A stretch of DNA of 30,676 nucleotides from Burkholderiales bacterium (GTDB lineage: Bacteria > Pseudomonadota > Gammaproteobacteria > Burkholderiales > SG8-39). Position numbers and translations under genes: made by a program. How positions within the stretch are numbered: the first letter of the stretch is position 1; each line of letters starts with the position of its first letter. Below are positions 20,920-30,135 of this stretch, piece by piece. Where the stretch lies: assembly GCA_035632815.1 (NCBI GenBank), contig DASQGB010000081.1:1-30676 (forward strand), written 5' to 3'. Under the pieces are notes generated by a model that worked only from the letters and a program-made list of their open reading frames with translations, did not search any database and was not told the origin of the DNA.

Positions 20920-22153
20920 ACCTGAGGGCCTCGGCGGGGTTGACCCGCGCCGCGCTCCAGCTCGGATAGAGGGTAGCGAGGAAGGACAGCGCGAGCGCCA
21001 TCGACGCAACCGCGGCGACGTCGTCGAACTGCAGGTCCGATGGCAGGTCCGGGATGAGGTACACGTCCTTCGATAGGAACTTGATCTGGAAGGCGCTCTC
21101 GATCGCCGGCACGATGACGTCGATGTTCAGCGCGGTGATGACCCCCAGGACAACGCCGATCAGCGTGCCGACGACCCCGATCACCATGCCCTGCACGATG
21201 AATATCTGCATCACCGAGGCGGATTTCGCGCCCATCGTCCTGAGGATGGCGATGTCGGCCTGCTTGTCCTTCACCGCGACCACCAGCGTCGAGATGATGT
21301 TGATCGCGGCGACCAGGATGATCAGCGCCAGGATGATGAACATCATGCGCTTCTCGATCTCGACCGCGCGGAAGAAGTTGGCGTGGCTGCGCGTCCAGTC
21401 CGAGGCATATGCGTCCTGCGGCAGCTTCGCCAGCAGCTCGCGCGCCACGGTGCGCGCCGCGAAGAGATCATCGAGCTTGAGGCGCACGCCGGTTACGCTC
21501 TCCCCCAGCTGGTAGAGCGTCTGCGCGTCGCGCAGATGCACCAGCGCGAGGCCGGCGTCGGCGTCTGTGATGCCGGCCTCGAATACCCCGGCGACGGTGA
21601 ACTGCTTCAGGCGCGGGATCAACCCCGCCGGGGTCACCAGCCCCTGGGGCGCGATCACCGCGACCTTGTCGCCGGGCAGCACGCCGAGCGCGCGCGCGAG
21701 GTCGACGCCGAGCACGATGCCGAACTCGCCCGGGCGCAGTGCTTCGAGGGAGCCGGCGCGCATGTGGCGGCCGAGATCGGCGACGCGATCCTCCTGATCC
21801 GGCAGGATGCCGCGGATGATCGCGCCGCGCACCGCCTGCCCAGCCGAGAGCATCGCCTGCGCCTGGACGAACGGCGCCGTGGCGCGCACGCGCGGATGCT
21901 GCGCCGCGAGCCCGGCAATGGATTGCCAGTCGTCGAGACGGCTGTCGGCGCCCGAGATCTGCACGTGCGAGGCGACGCCAAGGATGCGCTCGCGCACCTC
22001 CTTCTGGAAGCCGTTCATGACCGAGAGAACCACGATCAGCGCCCACACGCCGACCGCGATGCCGATCATCGAGACCAGGGAGTTGATGCCGATAAAGCGG
22101 TTGCGGCGCCTGGCGCGGGTATAGCGCAGGCCGACGAGCAGCTCGTATCGCAC
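20912..22153 (-). CDS. lolC: Lipoprotein-releasing ABC transporter permease (single LolC/E-type)
   Basis: VGLRYTRARRRNRF, IVVLSVMNGFQ, DW...ANFFRAVEIEK, KQADIAILRTMGA, ATLYPSWSAARVNPAEALRYE; only one permease gene is present. Confidence 0.93.
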   Translation of the reverse strand: MRYELLVGLRYTRARRRNRFIGINSLVSMIGIAVGVWALIVVLSVMNGFQKEVRERILGVASHVQISGADSRLDDWQSIAGLAAQHPRVRATAPFVQAQAMLSAGQAVRGAIIRGILPDQEDRVADLGRHMRAGSLEALRPGEFGIVLGVDLARALGVLPGDKVAVIAPQGLVTPAGLIPRLKQFTVAGVFEAGITDADAGLALVHLRDAQTLYQLGESVTGVRLKLDDLFAARTVARELLAKLPQDAYASDWTRSHANFFRAVEIEKRMMFIILALIILVAAINIISTLVVAVKDKQADIAILRTMGAKSASVMQIFIVQGMVIGVVGTLIGVVLGVITALNIDVIVPAIESAFQIKFLSKDVYLIPDLPSDLQFDDVAAVASMALALSFLATLYPSWSAARVNPAEALRYE

Positions 22154-22182
22154 GATCGCGCGAGAATACTACAATCGCCCAC

Positions 22183-22656
22183 GTGGACGCCGAGACCTCC
22201 AAGCTTCTTGCAGGCTTGCTTCGCAAGGAACGCACCGCGCATCTCGGCACGCTGCGCGGCGGCGCGCCGATGGTGTCGATGACCTTATTCATGCCGAGCG
22301 CGGACTTCGCCGACTTCTACGTGCACGTCAGCCGTCTCGCCTGGCACACCCAGGACATGCTCCAGGACGCGCGCGTCGCGCTCTCGATCGCAGAGACGGA
22401 CGACGGCCGCGCCGATCCCTTCACGCTCGCGCGCGTCACCATCCGCGGGAACGCGCTCAACCTGCCGAACGAAGGCGCCGAATGTTCGCGATTGAAGGCC
22501 GCGTGGCTGTCTCGCTTCCCCGAGCAGGCGATCAACTTCCAGCTCGCCGATTTCTCGTTCTGGCGCCTCACCCCGCGCGACGCACGCTTCGTCGCCGGCT
22601 TCGGGCGCATTCACAATCTTTCCCCCGACGCGCTGCGCAAGGCGGCCGACGCGTGA
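22183..22656 (+). CDS. Pyridoxamine 5'-phosphate oxidase-like / HugZ-family split-barrel protein
   Basis: LGTL..G.P.VS, SRLAWHT, ARVTIRG, LADFSFWRL.P..ARFVAGFGR. Confidence 0.85.
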   Translation: MDAETSKLLAGLLRKERTAHLGTLRGGAPMVSMTLFMPSADFADFYVHVSRLAWHTQDMLQDARVALSIAETDDGRADPFTLARVTIRGNALNLPNEGAECSRLKAAWLSRFPEQAINFQLADFSFWRLTPRDARFVAGFGRIHNLSPDALRKAADA

Positions 22657-23501
22657 GGATCTACGGCGTCGACTTCACCTGCGCGCCGCGCAAGGCGAAG
22701 CCCATAACGGTGGCCACCGCGCTCCTGAAGGAGCAGGCCCTGCTGGTAGAGGCGATCGAGCGGCTCGAGAGTTTCGCCGCCTTCGAGGTGTTCCTGGCGC
22801 GGCCGGGGCCCTGGATCGGCGGCTTCGACTTTCCGTTCGGCATGCCGCAGGAGCTGGTGCGCGATCTGAAGTGGCCTGCCGAGTGGAAGTCGCTAGTGGG
22901 GCATTGCGCGGCCATGACCAGGACCGAGCTGCGCGCGGTTCTGGACGACTACAGGGCCTCGAGGCCGATCGGTAACAAATACGCGCACCGTGCGACCGAT
23001 TACCCGGCGGGCTCGTCGAGCCCGATGAAGCTGGTGAACCCGCCGGTTGCGCTCATGTTCCACGAGGGCGCGCCGCGGCTGCTCGGGGCGGGCGTGCATG
23101 TGCCCGCGCTCGCCGACGGCGACCGCGCGCGTGTAGCGCTGGAGGCTTATCCAGGCCTGCTCGCCCGCAAGCAGCTCCGCATCCGCGAGTCGTACAAAAG
23201 CGATGCACGCAGCGAACACACGCCGGGCCGCAAAGCCGTGCGCAAAGGGATCCTGCAGGCGCTAAAGGCGGGAAAGCCGTTGGACGTGAAGCTCAAACTG
23301 CCGCAGCGCCTCGAGCGCGAAATTCTTTGGGATGGCTCGGGCGACCTGCTCGATGCGCTGATCTGCGCGACGCAGGCCGCGTGGGCGGCGCGGCGGCCGA
23401 ACTACGGGCTGCCTGCCGAAGGATTGCGCGGCGAGGGCTGGATCGTCTCGGCGTCTGCGCCGAAGTCCTCGAACCTGGGATCGACAGTCACGCCGTCGTA
23501 G
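22653..23501 (+). CDS. DUF429-family predicted RNase H-fold nuclease
   Basis: IYGVDFT, GGFDFPFG, LEAYPG, GDLLDALIC, EGWIV acidic motifs; GTG overlaps the upstream TGA. Confidence 0.8.
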   Translation: MRIYGVDFTCAPRKAKPITVATALLKEQALLVEAIERLESFAAFEVFLARPGPWIGGFDFPFGMPQELVRDLKWPAEWKSLVGHCAAMTRTELRAVLDDYRASRPIGNKYAHRATDYPAGSSSPMKLVNPPVALMFHEGAPRLLGAGVHVPALADGDRARVALEAYPGLLARKQLRIRESYKSDARSEHTPGRKAVRKGILQALKAGKPLDVKLKLPQRLEREILWDGSGDLLDALICATQAAWAARRPNYGLPAEGLRGEGWIVSASAPKSSNLGSTVTPS

Positions 23502-23731
23502 TAAAACGTGTCGTTTGACCCGGCGACGATGGACCGCCTGAGTTTCGCGGGGTCCAGCGCGCAGACGTAAATCGGCGTGCGAATACCGCCCATGTTGATC
23601 CAGCCCAGGAGCGCGCGCGGCTGGCCTTCGATGTAGAACAGCTCGGAAACGCGGCGGGAGGTATCCGTTCCGACTCGATGACGGTGCACTACTTTCAGCC
23701 CGAGTCGAGCCGTGGAGCGGTTGTCAGCCAT
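23402..23731 (-). CDS. Hypothetical protein (109 aa), tail overlapping DUF429
   Basis: GAGGA SD; LKVVHRHR...VSELFYIEGQPRALLGWI...LDPAKLRR...YYDGVTVDPRF; host-like codon usage. Confidence 0.65.
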   Translation of the reverse strand: MADNRSTARLGLKVVHRHRVGTDTSRRVSELFYIEGQPRALLGWINMGGIRTPIYVCALDPAKLRRSIVAGSNDTFYYDGVTVDPRFEDFGADAETIQPSPRNPSAGSP

Positions 23732-23791
23732 GTCCTCAAGTCATGCAAGTAGCATTCCAGCAGCCCCCTCGACGGGGGGTAGCAGGAACAT

Positions 23792-24136
23792 CTACATAGT
23801 CTTTTCGGCCTTCTTCTCGACGGGAACGAGCTGCCAGCCCTTCGAGCGCATGCAGAAGTGCGCAAGGCGCGACTCTTCCATGAAGCGGTCGCCGAAGGGG
23901 TCGGAGAAGGGCCCGGTCGGCCAGGCGAGAAAGCGCCGGCCGAGGGAATCCTGGAACATCGTCGGGCCGAGCGGAAAGTAATTCCAGGAGTGGATGCCCG
24001 CTTCGCGCCAGGCTTCCTGCTGGCAGTCGCGCATATCCTTGTCGAACTGCTCGGGATTGGCATCGGCCTTGACCCACTGCAGCGGAGTGCACGCTGCGAG
24101 TAGGAGAGCCAGCGCAAGGGCGGCGAGGAAGCGCAT
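23792..24136 (-). CDS. Hypothetical lipoprotein
   Basis: Lipobox LAAC (Cys16), Thr at +2; two further Cys (RDCQQ, FCMRSKGW). Confidence 0.8.
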   Translation of the reverse strand: MRFLAALALALLLAACTPLQWVKADANPEQFDKDMRDCQQEAWREAGIHSWNYFPLGPTMFQDSLGRRFLAWPTGPFSDPFGDRFMEESRLAHFCMRSKGWQLVPVEKKAEKTM

Positions 24137-24195
24137 ACGCCGGATTAGATTGGTCTGACGGCGGCCGGTTCTCCAAGGCGGCTAGAATCGGCGCG

Positions 24196-24798
24196 ATGCT
24201 GATCGTCTATGGCATGAGCGATTCTGGTAACTGCTACAAGGTGAAGCTCGCCCTGGAGCAGCTCGCCCTTGCGTACCGCTGGATCGAGGTCGACCCGAAC
24301 AAGGGCGAGACGCAGCGCGCCGAGTTCCTGGCGCGCAACCCCAACGGCAAGGTGCCCACCCTCGGCCTCGAGGACGGCGCCTTCCTGCCGGAATCGAATG
24401 CCATCCTTAACTACCTCGCGGAGGGCACGCCGCTCCTGCCGCGCGAGCGCCTCGAGCGGGCGCGCGTGCTGCAATGGATGTTCTTCGAGCAGTACAGCCA
24501 CGAGCCCTATGTCGCCGTGGCGCGCTCGGTCATGCGCTACACGGCGCCCCACTCGCCGGAACGCGCCAACCTGCCGCGCCTGCACGAGCGCGGCAACAAG
24601 GCCCTGCGCGTCATGGACCAGCATCTGCAGAAGGAGCCGTTTTTCGCCGCCGGGCGCTACACCATCGCCGACATCTCGCTCTACGCCTACACGCACTGCG
24701 CCGGCGACGGGGGCTTCGACCTTGAACGCTACCCGGCGCTCGACGCCTGGCTCGCTCGGGTGAAATCGCAGCCGCGCCACATCCCGCTGGCGGCATGA
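24196..24798 (+). CDS. Glutathione S-transferase family protein
   Basis: SGNCYKVKL, NPNGKVP.L, ESNAIL.YLA, QWMFFEQYSHEP, TIADISLYAYTH. Confidence 0.93.
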   Translation: MLIVYGMSDSGNCYKVKLALEQLALAYRWIEVDPNKGETQRAEFLARNPNGKVPTLGLEDGAFLPESNAILNYLAEGTPLLPRERLERARVLQWMFFEQYSHEPYVAVARSVMRYTAPHSPERANLPRLHERGNKALRVMDQHLQKEPFFAAGRYTIADISLYAYTHCAGDGGFDLERYPALDAWLARVKSQPRHIPLAA

Positions 24799-24804
24799 CC
24801 GGCG

Positions 24805-24823
24805 CCGGCCTGTCCCAGGCCGG
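24805..24823 (+). terminator. GC-rich hairpin after the GST gene (possible weak terminator)
   Basis: CCGGCCTG-TCC-CAGGCCGG perfect 8-bp stem, 6 nt after the stop codon; poor U-tract. Confidence 0.35.
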
Positions 24824-24846
24824 GCTTGCTCCGTTGCGGTAGCATA

Positions 24847-24862
24847 CTGGACGGATATCCAT
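24847..24862. promoter_or_regulatory. Degenerate LexA/SOS-like box overlapping the nuclease start codon
   Basis: (TA)CTGG-ACGGATAT-CCAT vs consensus CTG-N10-CAG; the last base mismatches. Confidence 0.3.
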
Positions 24863-26276
24863 GCTTGGCGACGCCCCCCTGGCGATTGTGGACCTCGAAA
24901 CGACCGGCACGCGCCCCGCGCTCGACCGCGTCACCGAGATCGCCGTGATCGAGGTGCAGGGCTTCGAGGTCACCGGTGAGTGGTCGACGCTGGTGAACCC
25001 CGGCGTCCCCGTACCCTCGGAGATCCAGGCCCTGACCGGGATCACGCAGCAGATGGTCGAGGACGCGCCGCGCTTCGCAGACCTGGCCGAAGGCCTCCAC
25101 GAGCGCCTCGAGGGCCGCATATTCATCGCGCACAACGCGCGCTTCGACTACGGCTTTCTGCGCCACGAGTTCGAGCGCGCGGGAATCCGCTTCCACGCCA
25201 AGACCCTCTGCAGCGTGCGGCTCTCGCGCCGCCTCTACGCCGGCGAGGGGCGCCACGACCTCGACAGCGTGATCGCGCGCCACGGCATCGCCTGCAGCGC
25301 GCGGCACCGCGCCATGGGCGACGCCGACGCGCTGTGGCAGTTCCTGCGCATCGCGGCCCGCGAGCACGGCGAGGAGATCGTGGCGGTGGCCGCGCGCCAG
25401 ATCGCGCGCCAGCCGACGCTGCCGCCGCATCTGGATGCGTCGGCGATCGACGCAATCCCCGAGGCGCCCGGCGTGTATCTCTTTTACGGCGAGGGCGCGG
25501 CGCCACTCTATATCGGCAAGAGCCGGACGATGCGCTCGCGGGTATTGGCGCACTTCTACTCCGACATCCGCTCCGAGCGTGGCCTGCAGCTCGCGCGCGA
25601 GGTGCGGCGCATCGATTGGCAGCGCACCGCCGGCGAGCTCGGCGCGCTGCTGCGCGAGGCCCGCCTGGTGAAGGAGCTCGACCCGGTCTACAACCGGCAG
25701 CTGCGCCGGCCGCATCAGCTTTGCGGCTTCGCGTTCGACGGCAAGCGCTTGCGGCTGGCGCAAGCCGACGAGATCGACGCGAACACGCTGCCCTTCGTCT
25801 ATGGTCTGTTCCGCACCCGGGCCGCGGCGATGCAGGCGCTGCGCGCGCTCGCCGACGAGCATCGCCTCTGCCTGCAAACGCTCGGCTTCGACATTACGCG
25901 GCAAGGCAGCTGCTTGCGCCACCAGACCGGGCGCTGCGCCGGCGTGTGCGCGTCCCGCGAAAGCATCCACGTGCATCACGGGCGCGTCGCGGCAGCGCTC
26001 GCCGGGCTGAAGGCCGCGGACTGGCCGCATCGCGGTCCGCTCGGCATCGTGGAAACCGACCGCGCGAGGGAGGCGACCGAGGTGCACGTAGTGGACCGCT
26101 GGTGCTACCTTGGCAGCGCGCAGTGCGACGCGGAGCTCGCCGGGCTGCTGCAGTCGAACCGGGAATCGGATCGGCCGCCGCGCTTCGATTATGACCACTA
26201 CCGCATTCTGGCGCGCCACCTCAGCAAGCGCGGCGTGCGGGTTATGGCTCTGGCGGCCCGATGCACTGCGAGCTGA
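24861..26276 (+). CDS. DEDDh 3'-5' exonuclease (DnaQ-like) fused to a GIY-YIG (UvrC/Cho-like) endonuclease
   Basis: IVDLETTG, AHNARFDYGFL, HRAMGDADAL; PGVYLF...LYIGKS...RSRV..H; YNRQLR; Cys cluster LC...CLRHQTGRCAGVC. Confidence 0.92.
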   Translation: MLGDAPLAIVDLETTGTRPALDRVTEIAVIEVQGFEVTGEWSTLVNPGVPVPSEIQALTGITQQMVEDAPRFADLAEGLHERLEGRIFIAHNARFDYGFLRHEFERAGIRFHAKTLCSVRLSRRLYAGEGRHDLDSVIARHGIACSARHRAMGDADALWQFLRIAAREHGEEIVAVAARQIARQPTLPPHLDASAIDAIPEAPGVYLFYGEGAAPLYIGKSRTMRSRVLAHFYSDIRSERGLQLAREVRRIDWQRTAGELGALLREARLVKELDPVYNRQLRRPHQLCGFAFDGKRLRLAQADEIDANTLPFVYGLFRTRAAAMQALRALADEHRLCLQTLGFDITRQGSCLRHQTGRCAGVCASRESIHVHHGRVAAALAGLKAADWPHRGPLGIVETDRAREATEVHVVDRWCYLGSAQCDAELAGLLQSNRESDRPPRFDYDHYRILARHLSKRGVRVMALAARCTAS

Positions 26277-27256
26277 TCGTCCCGGGACTGTTCGCCACGC
26301 CTGCGGCGGCGCGCGCAGCGTCGCTCGAGATGCTGCTCGCGCGCGGTCGCAGCAGCCAGGGCGAGTCGCAGACGCTGGGGCGCTGGCTGCACGAAGCGTT
26401 CGACCTCGGGGACCAGCCGCTCGCCGCGGGCGCCCTGACGCTCGCGGCCGCAGGGCACGGCGACCCGGGCACGGAGTGCTGGGCGCGCGCCGATCCGGTG
26501 CACCTTCGCCTGATGCGCGATCGGCTGATCCTGGTGCCAGGGGCTGCGATGTCGATCTCGGGCGATGAGGCCGAAGCGCTGTGCGACGCGCTGAACCGCC
26601 ACTTCCGCGGCGCGCTCGAGCTGCGGGTGGTCGATCCACAGCGCTGGATCGCGCGCATTACCGACGAGCTCGCGATCGACAGCGAATGCCCGCTCGAGCT
26701 CGCCGGACGCGACGTCGACCTGAGCCTTCCCGGGCGCGCCACGCGCTCGCACCAACTGCTCAACGAAGCCCAGATGCTGCTGCACGCACACCCGGTCAAC
26801 GAGGCGCGCGAAGCACGCGGCGAGCCGGCGCTGAACAGCATCTGGCTGTGGGGCGTTGGCCGCGCGCCGCGCGTGGGACGCGCGCGCTGGCAATCGGTCG
26901 CCGCCGACGACCCCCTACCGCTCGGCCTGGCCCGCCTCGCCGGCGCGCGCTACCGGCCACTGCCTCCTTCGGCGAGCGAGTGGCTCGCGCGCTCGCCAGA
27001 CGACGGCAAGCATCTCCTCGTGCTCGACGCGCTGCGCACGCCGCTCGCGTTGTCGCTCGACGCCGAGGCGCGCGAGTCGCTCGCCGCGCTCGAGCGCGAC
27101 TGGTTCGCGCCGCTGCTCGCAGCGCTGCGCGCCGGGCGTGTCGGCATGGTGACAGTCCATGTTCCGGACGCCGCGGGCGGGCCCTCCTACGAAACCATCC
27201 GCGGCGACTTGCGCCGCTTCTGGCGCCGGCCTAGAGCGCTAGCGCGATACTTGTGA
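26261..27256 (+). CDS. RpfE-type / phosphoglycerate-mutase-like protein
   Basis: RADPVHLRL.RDRL.L, LLNEAQMLLHAHPVNEAREARG....NSIWLWG, LERDWFAPLL; usual position immediately upstream of recJ. Confidence 0.82.
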   Translation: MHCELIVPGLFATPAAARAASLEMLLARGRSSQGESQTLGRWLHEAFDLGDQPLAAGALTLAAAGHGDPGTECWARADPVHLRLMRDRLILVPGAAMSISGDEAEALCDALNRHFRGALELRVVDPQRWIARITDELAIDSECPLELAGRDVDLSLPGRATRSHQLLNEAQMLLHAHPVNEAREARGEPALNSIWLWGVGRAPRVGRARWQSVAADDPLPLGLARLAGARYRPLPPSASEWLARSPDDGKHLLVLDALRTPLALSLDAEARESLAALERDWFAPLLAALRAGRVGMVTVHVPDAAGGPSYETIRGDLRRFWRRPRALARYL

Positions 27257-27269
27257 CACTCGAGCTCGT

Positions 27270-28946
27270 ATGAAGATCGTCGAGCGGGCCTACTCCGAAG
27301 TCCATAGACAGAGGCTGGTCTATGAAGGAATTCACCCCGTCCTCGCGCGTATCTACGCCGGGCGCCGCATCCGCTCGGCCACCGAGCTCAAGTACGACCC
27401 GGCGGGGCTGCTGGCGCCGAAGCTCCTGAAGAGCATCGAGGGCGCGGCCGTGCTGCTTGCCGACGCCATCGGAGGCGGCAAGCGGCTGCTCATAGTCGCC
27501 GACTACGACGCCGACGGAGCCACCGCCTGCGCTGTTGGCCTGCGCGCGTTGCGCCAGTTCGGCGCGACCGTCGACTACCTGGTCCCCGACCGCTTCAAGC
27601 TCGGCTATGGGCTCTCACCCGAGCTGGTCGACCTGGCAGCGCAACGCAAGCCCGACATCCTCATCACGGTCGACAACGGCATCGCCAGCGTGGACGGCGT
27701 GGCGCGCGCCAGCGCGCGAGGCATCGCCACGCTGATCACCGACCATCATCTGCCGGGGGACGAGCTGCCGCAGGCCGCCTGCATCGTCAATCCGAATCAG
27801 CCCGGTTGCGATTTTCCGTCAAAGGCGCTGGCCGGGGTCGGGGTGATGTTTTACGTCATGCTGGCGTTGCGGGCAGAGCTAAGGAAAAGAAATCATTTCC
27901 CGCACGGGGAACCGAATCTGGGGAGCCTTACCGACCTCGTCGCCCTGGGCACGATCGCCGACGTCGTGCCGCTCGATGCCAACAATCGCAACCTCGTGTC
28001 GCAGGGGCTGAAGCGCCTGCGCGCGGGCCACGGTCAGCCGGGAATCGCGGCGTTGCTGCGGGTGGCGGGCCGGGTGGTCGAGGAGGCGTCGAGCTTCGAC
28101 CTGGGCTTCGTCGTCGGGCCGCGCCTCAACGCGGCGGGCCGGCTCGCCGACATGAGCCTGGGCATCGAATGCCTGGTCACCGACGACGAGGCGCGCGCGT
28201 TCAACTGCGCGCAGGAGCTCGACCGGCTAAACCGCGAGCGGCGCAAGATCGAGGCGGGCATGCTGGAGCAAGCGCTGAAAGCTCTCGACGGACTTTCTTC
28301 CACCGGATCGACTTTTTTCAAGACCGACTGGCATGAAGGCGTCGTCGGCATCGTGGCGTCCCGGCTGAAGGACCGGATCCACCGGCCTGTTGTGTGCTTC
28401 GCCCGCGCCGCGGAAGGCGGGCTGCTGAAAGGCTCGGGGCGCTCGATCGCAAGCCTGCACCTGCGCGACTGCCTGGACCTCGTCGCCAAGCGCGCGCCCG
28501 GCGTGATCCTGCGCTTCGGCGGCCACGCCCAGGCCGCCGGACTGACCATCGCCGAGAGCGATTACGCGCGCTTCGCCGAGACCTTCGAGCGCACCGTCGA
28601 GGATCTACTGCCCGCCGAGTCGCGGCTGCACACGGTCGAGACCGACGGCAGCCTCGAGTCCTTGCACTGCACGCTGCACGTGGCGCACATGCTGGAGGCC
28701 GAGATCTGGGGCCAGGGTTTTCCGCAGCCCGTTTTCTGCGATACTTTCCGCGTGGAAAGCCAGCGCGTGGTCGGCGAGCGGCACCTGAAGCTCAGGCTGC
28801 TGAAAGACGGCCGCAGGATCGAGGCGATGCGTTTCGGGGCCCTCGATCCCCTGCCGCCGACGGTTCGCGCAGCTTACCGCCTTGCCGTGAACGAGTTCAA
28901 CGGCCTGAAGACTATCCAACTCAACGTGGAGCATTTCGAATCATGA
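27270..28946 (+). CDS. recJ: Single-stranded-DNA-specific 5'-3' exonuclease
   Basis: DYDADGATA, ITVDNGI, TDHH, LGTIADVV, GPRLNAAGRL, KGSGRS, FGGHAQAAG, WGQGFP.P. Confidence 0.98.
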   Translation: MKIVERAYSEVHRQRLVYEGIHPVLARIYAGRRIRSATELKYDPAGLLAPKLLKSIEGAAVLLADAIGGGKRLLIVADYDADGATACAVGLRALRQFGATVDYLVPDRFKLGYGLSPELVDLAAQRKPDILITVDNGIASVDGVARASARGIATLITDHHLPGDELPQAACIVNPNQPGCDFPSKALAGVGVMFYVMLALRAELRKRNHFPHGEPNLGSLTDLVALGTIADVVPLDANNRNLVSQGLKRLRAGHGQPGIAALLRVAGRVVEEASSFDLGFVVGPRLNAAGRLADMSLGIECLVTDDEARAFNCAQELDRLNRERRKIEAGMLEQALKALDGLSSTGSTFFKTDWHEGVVGIVASRLKDRIHRPVVCFARAAEGGLLKGSGRSIASLHLRDCLDLVAKRAPGVILRFGGHAQAAGLTIAESDYARFAETFERTVEDLLPAESRLHTVETDGSLESLHCTLHVAHMLEAEIWGQGFPQPVFCDTFRVESQRVVGERHLKLRLLKDGRRIEAMRFGALDPLPPTVRAAYRLAVNEFNGLKTIQLNVEHFES

Positions 28947-29770
28947 TGCGCGCTCTTGCTTTTGCCGGATTTCTGTTTTCCTTCGGATCCTTTGCTGAGG
29001 ATCTGCAACCCGTCAAAGACGCAGGGCCCTATGTGCCCTCGCCGCAGAGCGTGGTATCGGACATGCTGCGCTACGCCGAGGTCGGCCCGCACGATTACCT
29101 GATCGACCTCGGCTCGGGCGACGGGCGCATCGTGCTCACCGCGGCCAAGGTGTTCGGCGCACGGGGCTTCGGCGTGGAGATCAAGGACGATCTGGTCAAG
29201 CGCTCGAACGAAGCGGCGAAGCAGGAAGGCGTCGCCGACCGCGTCCGATTCATGAAGCAGGATCTGTTCAAGACCGATCTTTCGCAGGCCAGCGTGATCA
29301 CGATGTACCTGCTGCCGGACACGGTGAACCTCCTCAAGGACAAGTTCCTCGCCGAGCTCAAGCCCGGCACGCGCATCGTGTCGCACGACTATCCGCTCAC
29401 CGGCTGGATCCCCGAGAAGTACGTGCAGATGGACCTAGAGGACAAGGTGCAGATCAGCGGCGTCACCACCACCCTCATCTATCTCTATGTGGTGCCGGCG
29501 AAGGTTGCCGGGCGCTGGAGCGCGACCATGCCGCCCGCGGTCAGCCGGCAGCCCGCGACCCTGCAGCTGCGCCAGCAGCTTACGCGCGTCTCGGGCAGCG
29601 CCCGGCTCGACGGCAAGGACATCCCGCTCGAGGACGTGAAGCTGCGCGGCGACCAGATCAGCTTCAAGCTCTCCGGCCGCCGCGGCGCCTTTAGCGGGCA
29701 GGTGAAGGGCAACAGTATCGAGGGCACGGTCGACGGCAAATCGCCGTGGAGCGCCAGCCTGGGCGGATGA
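28943..29770 (+). CDS. Class I SAM-dependent methyltransferase with an N-terminal signal-peptide-like segment
   Basis: MMRALAFAGFLFSFGSFA, then PYVPSP, LIDLGSGDGRIV, VITMYLLP, RIVSHDY; beta-rich C-terminal extension; ATGA overlap with recJ. Confidence 0.88.
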   Translation: MMRALAFAGFLFSFGSFAEDLQPVKDAGPYVPSPQSVVSDMLRYAEVGPHDYLIDLGSGDGRIVLTAAKVFGARGFGVEIKDDLVKRSNEAAKQEGVADRVRFMKQDLFKTDLSQASVITMYLLPDTVNLLKDKFLAELKPGTRIVSHDYPLTGWIPEKYVQMDLEDKVQISGVTTTLIYLYVVPAKVAGRWSATMPPAVSRQPATLQLRQQLTRVSGSARLDGKDIPLEDVKLRGDQISFKLSGRRGAFSGQVKGNSIEGTVDGKSPWSASLGG

Positions 29771-30135
29771 AGATCCGCATCACGGCAGGGAAGGTCAGGC
29801 TGGAAGTGCACCTTGCCGACACGCCTACCTCCAAAGCGATTCTCGATGCGCTGCCTTTCGAGTCGCGCGCGCAGATTTGGGGCGAAGAGGTCTATTTCAC
29901 CACCCCGGTGAATGCCAGGCTCGAGCCCGACGCGAGGCAGGTAGTCGAGCCCGGAACGGTGTGCTTCTGGACCGAGGGCGACGCGCTCGCGCTGCCCTTC
30001 GGCCGCACACCGATATCGACCGACGAGCGGCCCAAGCTGGCAAGCCCTTGCAATGTCCTGGGGCAGATCGTCGGGTCCCCCCGGGAACTGGCGAAAGTGC
30101 GCCCCGGCGACAAGGTCGAAGTCGAGAAAGCCTGA
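29767..30135 (+). CDS. Cyclophilin-like fold protein (TM1367/AF2241-like)
   Basis: L.DTPT..AI..ALPF.S....WGEEVYF, V.PG.V.FW..G.ALALPFG.TP.S, CNVLG; ATGA overlap. Confidence 0.8.
   Translation: MKIRITAGKVRLEVHLADTPTSKAILDALPFESRAQIWGEEVYFTTPVNARLEPDARQVVEPGTVCFWTEGDALALPFGRTPISTDERPKLASPCNVLGQIVGSPRELAKVRPGDKVEVEKA

Noticed and set aside
28394-28942. Extended N-termini in the ORF track (28394, 22482, 12564, 21009, 29877, 18565)
   Set aside because: They overlap upstream genes in other frames; downstream starts coupled to stop codons or -10 elements fit much better
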